The notes below the pieces were generated by a model. It was not told the origin of the DNA. It saw only the letters and a program-made list of their open reading frames with translations, and ran no database searches. The position numbers were made by a program, and so were the translations under genes. A stretch of 62,945 nt of DNA, the filler included, from Octopus bimaculoides (Eukaryota), in NCBI RefSeq assembly GCF_001194135.2. It is 7 parts of 7 records of this genome, joined end to end, with 100 filler letters (N's around TTAATTAATTAA, not from the genome) between each part and the next. Parts side by side here need not be neighbours in the genome. Positions count along the whole stretch, not along the records: positions 50,222 to 62,945 come from NC_068988.1; 6 more parts are not named here. The stretch is one strand, 5' to 3'. This document shows, piece by piece, positions 51,796 to 62,945 of this stretch (position 1 is the stretch's first letter; the number at the start of each line of letters is the position of its first letter).

Positions 51796-53863
51796 TCAAT
51801 ATCCATAGGGAAAACATGAGCAGTGAGAGAATGAACACCAAGATTAGTGCCATACCTGGTACTAATCTATGTTCCTACTTACATGTTAGTGTGTATGTGA
51901 GCACGGAAATACTTTCATAGAATGCTTAACCCCAGCATTTATGAATGATAATGAGAGCTTCGGAAGGTTTGTAAGAAGTTGAATCACGCACACACACACA
52001 CGCACACGCACACGCACACACACATGCGCGTAATATTTATGTTTGTCACACATTTATGCGTAGAAAATTATTGGTAAATTCAAGGGACCAAAGGAAATTT
52101 TGTTATGGTCTGTATAAACATGTATTCCATTGAAATCATTTGACCTGTTGTTGTTTAATCGCAGGTCAATCTGACTTAGGGCTAAACAACAAAGTTAAAT
52201 GCTGATATAGCACTTCTCTACTTTCTCATTCTCTCAATTCAGCTTTCCTATTCTCGGTGTTCTGCTGCACGAAGCCTGCGTGGGCACAAACGAAGCGTGT
52301 TTCAGCTGGCAAATTTAAAAGGCACCTAAAACAATTAGCAAAAGCATGGTAGACATTAGCAAGCCGTACTCGCTTGCGAATGATAGCCATAAAAATAGAA
52401 AATTTCATAACCAAATTTAGATGGCCATGATTTAGTGATAAAATACATTCTATGTCCATTATATGAAGAGTAATTATAACCGTTTCTGTTCAGATTAGGG
52501 AAATATACATGGTTTTTCTATAAGAAATGTTTTGATACTGGACTGATTGGTTTGCAGCTTTACTAAAAACATGAGGACAGACTAAATGCTGCTAAGCATT
52601 TTGCCCAGCGTACTAACAATCCTGCCAGCTGTAATACCAGAGTTGTTACAATATTTTAGTTGCTATACTATTGAATGAATCTCCCATTAAAAGCAATCGC
52701 ATCGTGAGCATCTCAACTGTTAAAGTCTTCCTAGATTTAAATCATTCGATCTGTTTTTACAAGACAGTGTACTTCAGTTTGAGGTAGATTTCACTACTAT
52801 TGCTAACAGGTTGAGTGACACCATAGAAAATCATTCATTACTGTTTTTCTCATTGTTCGAACCTCCAGTTAACATAATTTACTGAACGTCAGAGAATGAC
52901 ACCTATAATTGAATATGTCCCGAGATCATTTTAGAATATTTACTTCTAGCTTAAGGGCAATCTTTACCTGAATATGAATAGATTCTGTAGTATGAAACTT
53001 GAATATATTTTACCAATTCGGACGGTGGAATTAAATTAGAGACACATAAATCCATTACTTTAAAACTGTCATCTGTTCGGAATACATTTAGCCTACGGTG
53101 CTCATTAATATAAAAGACTCATTTATCTAAAGTATAGTGTGGGGAAGAACGACTGACTGATGTGGAAAGCATTTGTGTGCAGTGAATTTATATTTTCACG
53201 TTTCACTGGGAAAATTATAATAACAACTCACTCGAATATGTTTTAAACTAAAATATCGATGTTTCAATCTAAAATGTCGCTTTCAGCTTAAATGATCTCT
53301 TGAGATGAAATGTGATCGTATATATGAATATAAACGATATATTGAAGGCGAAGTATTTGTTATAAACATCAAATTAAATTAAGTTCACCATTTTACAAGC
53401 AGAGATTCAAGGTAAAAACGATCTGTATGAAACCGCCTATGGGAATCGAATCGCAGGTTTGTCGTAATGCAAATGACCGTGGCCATTGTTTGCAATACAA
53501 AATATAATTTAGATATTTCAAATGCATTTTTTTTAAAAATGTAAGTACTTTATATGAACACTCCATTTGGAGATGATTTTCTAAGTGAATATAATTTGTA
53601 TTATTGCTTTCGATGATGATGTTGTTGCTTCTGCTGATGTCACTGATGATAATGATGATGCTCACCCGTGTGATCTGATCTGGCGGACATATTAAGTATT
53701 TGCAGATATGACTGCATCGCCTATTTCGGGTACTGTTTACTCTGAAATATATTTTCTAATCTGTTTATATTTTATGATTGTTGGGTTTCCATTGAGAAAG
53801 GTTTAGCTGCCATATTTACTAGCTGATCGTTGATCCATATAATTTGCATAAATCTACTTGATG

Positions 53864-54000
53864 AAGGTGCGTGGCCTAGTAGTTGGAGTACTGAGCTCAT
53901 GGTCATAAGATCGTGGATTCGATACTTGAATAGGGTGGTGTGTAGCAATCGTGAACAAAGAATTGCGTTTCACGTTGCCTCTGTCTACTCAGCTCAGTGC
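53864..54000 (+). mobile_element. tRNA-derived SINE head
   Basis: GAAGGTGCGTGGCCTAGTAG...GATCGTGGATTCGATAC...TTTCACGTTGC. Confidence 0.6.
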
Positions 54001-54204
54001 TGGTGCTGCCCACTCTCCCTGCAGCCATCACATATTCGAGGTTCCGCAGTGTCAAGTGTTCGTGGTCCGAGAGAACGTCAATGCCTACTTGAAACTTCAC
54101 AGGAATCTAAAACAACAAGCGAGAGCATGGTACATGTAACCAAGTGTTATGTCCTTGTGAGTGACAGCTATACATAAAGGAAACTTAATGAAATAACCAG
54201 ATTT

Positions 54205-55250
54205 AGATGCATTTATGTATATACGTTCTCTTCTGTTTGTACGTATTTAAGTTCTTCTTCAGAGGAAGGAACGGGCTTCTAACAAAGATAGGAAGCTGCA
54301 TCGTTGGAATGTAGATAACAAAAACATTGTCATAATTTAAACTTGAGAAACGTCTTGCATGTTTTTACTGTACGGATTGCATTTGTAATATGCAAGTTCG
54401 TTGGTTGATTTATTTTCTCTGAAAACCCTAGCTTATCCAAAGTGTCATTTGTGCATTTACTCACAATAAGAAGTGCACCAATTATTATTGATAAAAACGT
54501 GAATTATAATCTGATTATAGAAACTGGAGCTTTCGAAGCAGTTACTCCTATTTATCGTCTGTGGCAGTACACACTTCTTGTTTGTCCCAGACAACAATAA
54601 CCTGTCTCTTATGGTTACACTTGACAGATGATTTGATGGATGTGTATTCCTTGCGTATGCATCCAATAACAGGGGGATTCTCTATATTTATTCCAGAACA
54701 GACTTTTTTTTTCCGAATGGCGTTGTGTGTTTGTTTTTGTGACAACGTCATACCTCATAGGAGAGTAATACCACGATGACATTTTCGGGCAGCTGCTAAC
54801 CATATGTGTGATGTCTTCTATAGAAATATCACATGATCTACATCGTTGGTTACCTCTTGGAGCTCCAAGGGATTCACTGTCAACTTTGTTTATCAGGTAT
54901 TTTGTACTAATATCCTATTCTTGGATTGAAAAGCCTTCGGAGATTGATGTGATGTACCGGACATGAATCCAAGAGAGGATGTTCTTCATATTGATGTAAC
55001 TGTGTTTTTTTTCTCTCAAGCCTTCAGGAAATATAACGACGTTTAGTTTTTTTTGTATACTGAGAATTTCACATCCGGAATTCTTTGAGGTATACTGGTC
55101 CACCTCATAAGGAAGAGAGCGCTTCCTGAGGGGCTCACTACCGACACGTAGGATAATATTCTCTTCACTTTTCAGCACTAAGTTAACGTATTTATTTATG
55201 CTGGTGTTGTTAAGGAAGTGGTGTCTGAGAGAGAATATACGACATTCAAA
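54205..55250 (-). pseudogene. R4/Dong-like LINE 3' part, (TACA)n-associated family
   Basis: KKHSY...SEGFSIQE*DISTKYL...CRSCDISIEDITHMVSSCPKMSS...IIIGAL...LDKLGF. The 5' end abuts a (TACA)n(TGCA)n array. Confidence 0.85.
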
Positions 55251-55461
55251 GACTGTGCATGCATGCATGCATGCATGCATGCATGTATGTATGTATGTAT
55301 GTATGTATGTATGTATGTATGTATGTATGTGTACGTACATATGCATGCATGTATATATACATACATAAGTATGGTTATATATGTATATATATTAATATAC
55401 ATATATATATATATACACATACATATACATACATGCATACATACATACATGCAAACAAAAA

Positions 55462-55562
55462 TACACTGTTGTTGATGTCGAATTTCCAACGAGGGAACCT
55501 TGGATCTAGGTTTGAAATCGATTCTTTCTCTACTGACAAGAAATCTTGAAATAAAACAGAAT
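55462..55562 (+). mobile_element. 3'-UTR-only copy of the same family, embedded in (TACA)n
   Basis: ACACTGTTGTTGATGTCGAATTTCCAACG...CTGACAAGAAATCTTGAAATAAAACAGAAT aligns by eye with the minus-strand 3' UTR of the 54.2-kb copy (ACAATGTTTTTGTTATCTACATTCCAACG...CTGAAGAAGAACTTAAAT...AAACAGAA). Confidence 0.7.
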
Positions 55563-57982
55563 TACATACATACATACATACATACATCCATACATCCATA
55601 CACACATATATATATATATACATACGTACATACGTACATGCATGCATACATATATACACACATACATACATACATACATACATACATGTTTGAGTATGTG
55701 TGTGTGAGTCACAGATCTAGCATTGAAACTGCGTGGCCCTTCTTAAAACATGTAAAGAGCTGGCGGCGGAGGTAAATCGTGTGACCCATGTGGAGCACGA
55801 TATCTATCTTAGCTGAGAAGATATCTTATTTTTGTGCTACTGCTGAGACAGAGTATACATTACACGCAGATATAGTGTAGAACAAAATATTGATGTACCT
55901 TAATTCTTCAACATCGTTCAGTGTGTTGACATTTTCTTACACAACTCAGGGATATCTGTCTGATTAAAGACTGAAGTGTCTTACAGTATGAAAGAACTCG
56001 ATGCAGCTTATATTGAAGTCTTTGTATAACAACAAATCTAGTTAGGTATAATTTCAATGATATACAATTTCTTCCTGCTATTCTAATTAGCAGCAACCAA
56101 ATAGAAAATTATTTCGGAATAATGTTTTTCAATACGATTCTGTATAATGGTTGGATGATAATTTAATAGCATTAAATCTCATGCAACGAAAGACAACTTG
56201 AGTGATATTATCAAAATAAAGTATAGCCTATATCAACAAACATATATTGATCTCATGAAAAGTATATAAGTATACACAAACACACACACACACATACACA
56301 CATACACATACATGTATACATATACATGCATATATATATCTATATATATGTATGTCTAAATATATATATATATATATATAGATATATATATATATATACA
56401 CACATGCATATAGAATGTTTTTGTTATGTTCAGTTATTATAAAAACAATTTTACACTATCTGAGGAGGTATTCTATATAGTTGGAGGGAATGAATTTATT
56501 ATTCTTATACAAGAATGTTGTTGACAGNNNNNNNNNNNNNNNNNNNNNNNNNNNNNNNNNNNNNNNNNNNNNNNNNNNNNNNNNNNNNNNNNNNNNNNNN
56601 NNNNNNNNNNNNNNNNNNNNNNNNNNNNNNNNNNNNNNNNNNNNNNNNNNNNNNNNNNNNNNNNNNNNNNNNNNNNNNNNNNNNNNNNNNNNNNNNNNNN
56701 NNNNNNNNNNNNNNNNNNNNNNNNNNNNNNNNNNNNNNNNNNNNNNNNNNNNNNNNNNNNNNNNNNNNNNNNNNNNNNNNNNNNNNNNNNNNNNNNNNNN
56801 NNNNNNNNNNNNNNNNNNNNNNNNNNNNNNNNNNNNNNNNNNNNNNNNNNNNNNNNNNNNNNNNNNNNNNNNNNNNNNNNNNNNNNNNNNNNNNNNNNNN
56901 NNNNNNNNNNNNNNNNNNNNNNNNNNNNNNNNNNNNNNNNNNNNNNNNNNNNNNNNNNNNNNNNNNNNNNNNNNNNNNNNNNNNNNNNNNNNNNNNNNNN
57001 NNNNNNNNNNNNNNNNNNNNNNNNNNNNNNNNNNNNNNNNNNNNNNNNNNNNNNNNNNNNNNNNNNNNNNNNNNNNNNNNNNNNNNNNNNNNNNNNNNNN
57101 NNNNNNNNNNNNNNNNNNNNNNNNNNNNNNNNNNNNNNNNNNNNNNNNNNNNNNNNNNNNNNNNNNNNNNNNNNNNNNNNNNNNNNNNNNNNNNNNNNNN
57201 NNNNNNNNNNNNNNNNNNNNNNNNNNNNNNNNNNNNNNNNNNNNNNNNNNNNNNNNNNNNNNNNNNNNNNNNNNNNNNNNNNNNNNNNNNNNNNNNNNNN
57301 NNNNNNNNNNNNNNNNNNNNNNNNNNNNNNNNNNNNNNNNNNNNNNNNNNNNNNNNNNNNNNNNNNNNNNNNNNNNNNNNNNNNNNNNNNNNNNNNNNNN
57401 NNNNNNNNNNNNNNNNCGATGCGTACCTAGACTAACAGACATAAACGTCTAGAAAAATTTTCCCTTTACGCGTGTAAGCGATTAAGAACATTTGTAGGGT
57501 AGCAATGAAAACGATAGGTAATATTCGAGAAGGAAAATGTGGGTACCATCTGCTTTTGATTTTGAAGGATGCAATAGCAATGACGACGACAATGACAACA
57601 TTAACAATAGCAACAACGATACCATAACGAAAATTGTATATGGTGCTATAACCAGTTGTAACTGGATAAAATAGTCAGTCGGTGGCAAGAAAGAACACAC
57701 TAAAAAATAAAAATGAAATATCATACGCTCAGAATTCATGAAACTTCCAATCGATGAATTACAAAGCGCTAAGAAAATAGAAAACTGAAATATCCCTGTC
57801 CAGCACAAATAGTAAAACGCCAGCAGAAAGTGTGATCCGCAGTAGGATACAAATAAGTGGCAAACAAATTAGGAGAGATGCTGCTGTTTGAAATGGCGAT
57901 TTTAAGCCAAGTCTGTTGCCATTAACACTTTCCCGTCCCCCTCTCTCTCTGTTTATTTTCTCTCTGTGCTTATTTCTGTGCT

Positions 57983-58020
57983 TCTTTCTGTTGAAGAGCA
58001 TAAGCTCGAAACGTAAAAGA
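57983..58020 (+). ncRNA. Hammerhead-like motif, CUGUUGA variant (intact stems) in a solo PLE terminal repeat
   Basis: UCUUU-CUGUUGA-A-GAGC(AUAA)GCUC-GAAAC-GUA-AAAGA. The flanks match 14461-14530. Confidence 0.6.
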
Positions 58021-58169
58021 CTTTCTCATTTCCCGAGTGTTAAACAAATACATCTGTTTGTTATTTACACACTCGTCTTCGTCTGTATTTTTTTGCAAAT
58101 TCCAACAATACACAGACACACACACATACACACACAGACACACAGACACACACACATATATATATATAT

Positions 58170-58448
58170 ATCGTAAGGATAGTCTCTCGTAGTCCAAAAA
58201 AGACTGTTCCGCAATTTTTTGCTAAACAAACACTATAGATGATTTGTTTATAGTGATCAAATGTCTTCGCCGTACGTTAGCTCACACCTTCCATGTAATC
58301 GACTTTACTCCTACAGCTGCACGGTGTGTCGCACATCCGATGTCAAAATAATTTCAGAACAACGTGAGATGAAATACTTTGCTCAAGAACCCAGCCTACC
58401 TCCCAGTCCGAGAAGCAAACCCATGATATAGTGATCCTGAATGCAACA
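58170..58448 (-). mobile_element. SINE, family B
   Basis: GATGATTTGTTTATAGTGATCAAATG and CAACGTGAGATGAAATACTTTGCTCAAGAAC are shared with 2575-2895. Confidence 0.75.
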
Positions 58449-58475
58449 CGTACACAAAAATATACATACATATAT

Positions 58476-58732
58476 GTGAAATGCACAGGCACTTGTGCAG
58501 TAAATTCGTGCAGGATGATGAGTATATAGATTTTACTTAACGAATTTTACAACGAATTTACCCAGAGTAATAAGTACATAATGCGTGTATGTGTGTTAAT
58601 GTATATGCACGTTTTTATTAAAGGCATTATGTACTTATTACTCTGGGTAAATTCGTTGTAAAATTCGTTAAGTAAAATCTATATACTCATCATCCTGCAC
58701 GAATTTACTGCACAAGTGCCTGTGCATTTCAC
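58476..58732. repeat. Perfect 109-bp inverted repeat with 39-bp spacer
   Basis: 58476-58584 is the exact reverse complement of 58624-58732 (checked base by base). Confidence 0.95.
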
Positions 58733-59330
58733 TTATTGATTACTATATATTGTATGGTAAAAGATACGCTATCTCTCTTGAACTCATTGCAGGTATTAAA
58801 AGAATACTTGCTTGTATGGCTGGATTGTAAGATTAATACTTATTTAAAGTAGAATATCATAAAATGTTGTATCAAGATAACGGATTTTTCTTTTAAGGCG
58901 CCTTCATAATGTTTCGTACTGTTGATTTCCTTAACTTTTAACACTCTTATGTACAGCTATTATTAAACTTCATTGTAGATCTGTACTCAGCTGTCGAAAA
59001 TTTCTAATATCCTAGATATTCTCATATTAAAATTGAATGCAAACCAACCGTTTACAATCGATGAAAAATGAAAAATAGATTCGAAGACAAAATTCATTCC
59101 TGTTTCCTATTATAAGTGTCAGCGCTTTCATTACAACTGTAGCGTTAATAATGCATTGATAAAGAAAGGCCACTAGCGAGAAACACATAAAGTAGGGAGT
59201 ATGTGACAGGCTGATTTCCAATCTTTCTTTATTAGTACGTTTGAGATGATACTATGTACATAATTACATGCACGAACACGGAAACAAGCTATCAATTTAT
59301 GTGTTCCTCATACATACATACATACATACA

Positions 59331-59363
<33 letters not shown>

Positions 59364-59382
59364 GCATGCATACATACCTCCT

Positions 59383-59434
<52 letters not shown>

Positions 59435-60177
59435 NNNNNNNNNNNNNNNNNNNNNNNNNNNNNNNNNNNNNNNNNNNNNNNNNNNNNNNNNNNNNNNNNN
59501 NNNNNNNNNNNNNNNNNNNNNNNNNNNNNNNNNNNNNNNNNNNNNNNNNNNNNNNNNNNNNNNNNNNNNNNNNNNNNNNNNNNNNNNNNNNNNNNNNNNN
59601 NNNNNNNNNNNNNNNNNNNNNNNNNNNNNNNNNNNNNNNNNNNNNNNNNNNNNNNNNNNNNNNNNNNNNNNNNNNNNNNNNNNNNNNNNNNNNNNNNNNN
59701 NNNNNNNNNNNNNNNNNNNNNNNNNNNNNNNNNNNNNNNNNNNNNNNNNNNNNNNNNNNNNNNNNNNNNNNNNNNNNNNNNNNNNNNNNNNNNNNNNNNN
59801 NNNNNNNNNNNNNNNNNNNNNNNNNNNNNNNNNNNNNNNNNNNNNNNNNNNNNNNNNNNNNNNNNNNNNNNNNNNNNNNNNNNNNNNNNNNNNNNNNNNN
59901 NNNNNNNNNNNNNNNNNNNNNNNNNNNNNNNNNNNNNNNNNNNNNNNNNNNNNNNNNNNNNNNNNNNNNNNNNNNNNNNNNNNNNNNNNNNNNNNNNNNN
60001 NNNNNNNNNNNNNNNNNNNNNNNNNNNNNNNNNNNNNNNNNNNNNNNNNNNNNNNNNNNNNNNNNNNNNNNNNNNNNNNNNNNNNNNNNNNNNNNNNNNN
60101 NNNNNNNNNNNNNNNNNNNNNNNNNNNNNNNNNNNNNNNNNNNNNNNNNNNNNNNNNNNNNNNNNNNNNNNNNNNNN

Positions 60178-60208
<31 letters not shown>

Positions 60209-60994
60209 AACTCTCTCTCTCTCACACACACACATACACACACGTATATATATATTTATATATATATATATACATATATACGACGGTTTTCTTTCTCTTG
60301 CCGTGTATTAAATCTAAACATGAGTGAAACCATGACCACATGGAGGGAAAGCAAGCTTCTTAATCACTCAAACATAAAATCGTGTTGTAACCCATCGTTG
60401 CTGATGTAGAGGTTCTCTATTTACCTGTGCTTACAGAGTTTTGCGAAAATTCGTCTCAATGATAAATTGATCTCACAAGTATATCCCTTCTTTAATTTTT
60501 GAAACATTTATAAACATTGATGGAAAATGAAGATAAATTGTAAACAATAAATTTAAAATAAGCTTCAAATACAGTTTTTAATATACTTCGTTAAAATTGT
60601 TTCAGAAGTTATTAAAGACGACGAAATACTGGATTCTAAAAATATTCTATCAATAACACGAGTTATTTATTTAGACAAGAGACTTGGCATATAATCAGTC
60701 ATTGACATTATTCAGATGTTTTCAAAGAATCAAATAGAACATGCTGAAACAAAAGCAAAAGTTAACCAGAACATTCTTTATTGAATATTTTATGAATGAT
60801 AACGTCATTATGATGACGTTATTTACCTTTCGATTTTAATAATTCTGCAGCGTTTTCAATTCAGTATCGTTAATTATACATACATACATACATACATACA
60901 TACATACATACATACATACATACATACAAATACGCTCACTTATATCTATTTATATATCTAATATATATTTCAAATATATATGCATATAGAAATA

Positions 60995-61033
<39 letters not shown>

Positions 61034-61043
61034 NNNNNNNNNN

Positions 61044-61074
<31 letters not shown>

Positions 61075-61350
61075 ATTCACACACACACACACGCATGTAC
61101 ATACACACACACATAGAATATATATGTGTGTGTATATGTATATATATGAGTGTGGGTATGTATCTGTGTGCTTCTGTAACGATGATAATATATAATATAT
61201 TTCATAAGGGACACCTGATATAATATATATTAAAACGCTCTAATCCTGTATTTATACGGTATGTATGTATGTATGTATGTATGTATGTATGTATGTATGT
61301 ATGTATGTATGTATATATGTATGTAGGTATGTATGTATGTATGTATGTAT

Positions 61351-62880
61351 TTATGTGCAGATTTGTATGTTTTGTATACGCATTCTCACGCAAATAGTTG
61401 CATATCTAGACACGTTGATATATGTTAAATGATAAAATTATGGAAAATTTTATAGATTTTTACAATTTCAGTGATGGATCGTATTGGCAGGTTTCGAATT
61501 AGCTTTCTCTTTTCTGATTTTGAGAAGCCTAATTCCTCAAGATTGGCGTTTAGCCAGCGTGTTACATATCTCAGGGCGCATATTATTATAGGTATAAACT
61601 TCTTATATGGATAAAGTAACTGCAAATTTCTCAATAGTTCAGCATATGTGTTCTCCTTTTAACTGATCTCCACCTTTGTGTTAGCATTCGCTGGGCAGCT
61701 AATTTCCACAACTGTTCATAATTTCTCTTCTCTATCCCAAATCATAATATCAGGTCTGTTGTCCTTACATTTTATTGAGGTCTTCACTGATACATTCCAA
61801 CACTATTTCTTTTTAACATGAGCAGCTATGGCTCCTACCATACTGTAGGTTCTAAATTTATTTGTCTTCGGAATTATCTTTCCCACTGATTTCATTATAG
61901 ATTTCCTAATTACAACATCATGTATCATCGGTAGATATAACTGTGATGACATTTTTGGACAACTCTTTATGATGTGGGTGATGTATTGATTGTGAATTCC
62001 ACAAAGTCTGCATCGGTTGTCATATTTTACGGTTTTTCTTGTATCTCTATCCCTTTTGTGCATCAAGTACTTGGTTGATATTTCCTCTTACTGGATTGAA
62101 AACGCATACCCTTCAAAGTGGGAGGTAGTAATCCGGCTATTCGTCCATGATAAACTGCTTTGATGATCGATGTTATTATCATCACGGAGCTTTCTACTAA
62201 CATATCCCTTATGTAGTATTCTACTCATATAGGCTCATACTTTCAACTGATGATTCATTACGGTAGAGTCGTGCGACTTCTTTGGGTATGTTGCTCAAGA
62301 AGATGCCTTCCAAGTCTTTTGATGTTATCAGCCTCATGCATGCAAACTTGGTCAAGGGATGCGCTTCGACGTTTGGTGGTTAAAAGGTGTTGCTGAAGGG
62401 ATATGATGCCGCCTTGTTTTCGTTTTAGGTAGATTGCGGTCTACGTCACTGTTTATGAGTTAGTAGTTTTCGGATTTTCACATCAATCTCATCAAGCGTC
62501 CAATCAAGCAGTCCAAATGTTGGTACAAGTACTGGCACAACCAGCAAACACATTGTGGGTCACTGTTTTATTGAATGCAGAGAGTTCTGAGGTCCAACAT
62601 TTCTTTATTCAGCTGTAATATTCTTTAGTGACACGTGTTTTGTTACAGGTGCCATAGTAAGATATATTTTCATCCACCCGTAGATATCTGTAACATTCTT
62701 CGTCAGATACAGAGGAAACAGTAAAATCATTGATGGAGATGTTACTAGTCTGGTTTATAGTTTTCCCTCTTTTCACAACCATATAACAACATTTATCCTG
62801 ACCAAATTCAAACCTTACATCGCTTGAGAATGTTGTAACTGGTTCAAGGCTCTTTTTCATCTCATGCATATTCTTTTCGT
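61351..62880 (-). pseudogene. 5'-truncated R4/Dong-like LINE (RT thumb, CCHC, REL) flanked by (TACA)n on both sides
   Basis: FGQDKCCYMVVKRGK...YRYL; CRLCGIHNQYITHIIKSC; NRPDIMIWD...VVEISCP...KE..Y..L; IPIIICAL. Arrays lie at 61259-61350 and 62881-62945. Confidence 0.9.
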
Positions 62881-62945
62881 GTATGTATGTATGTATGTAT
62901 GTATGTATGTATGTATGTATGTATGTATGTATGTATGTATGTATG

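Overview
AT-rich eukaryotic non-coding DNA, fragmented by N-gaps and dense in microsatellites. The SINE repertoire suggests an octopod cephalopod, probably Octopus; this is inference from recalled repeat families, not a search. I found no intact protein-coding gene, rRNA, true tRNA or CRISPR array. The window is mostly decayed mobile elements: tRNA-derived SINEs, three Penelope-like elements (PLE), five R4/Dong-like and one CRE-like restriction-like-endonuclease (REL) LINE fragments, RTE and CR1 LINE fragments, a full-length dead Tc1, a maT/mariner fragment, a TTAA-flanked MITE, a Helitron end and a probable solo LTR. One candidate host exon lies at 10082-10166. Six gaps carry an artificial TTAATTAATTAA linker. 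Best leads: (1) an R4/Dong-like LINE family whose 5'-truncated copies sit in (TACA)n arrays, next to a separate (TAA)n-associated family; (2) PLE-type minimal hammerhead ribozyme motifs, including a repeated non-canonical CUGUUGA core and a ~270-bp unit (tRNA-like segment + (AAT)n + hammerhead) with a 13-bp target-site duplication; (3) three long fold-back palindromes, one a perfect 109-bp inverted repeat. Repeat boundaries were placed by eye and are approximate unless termini or TSDs are quoted.
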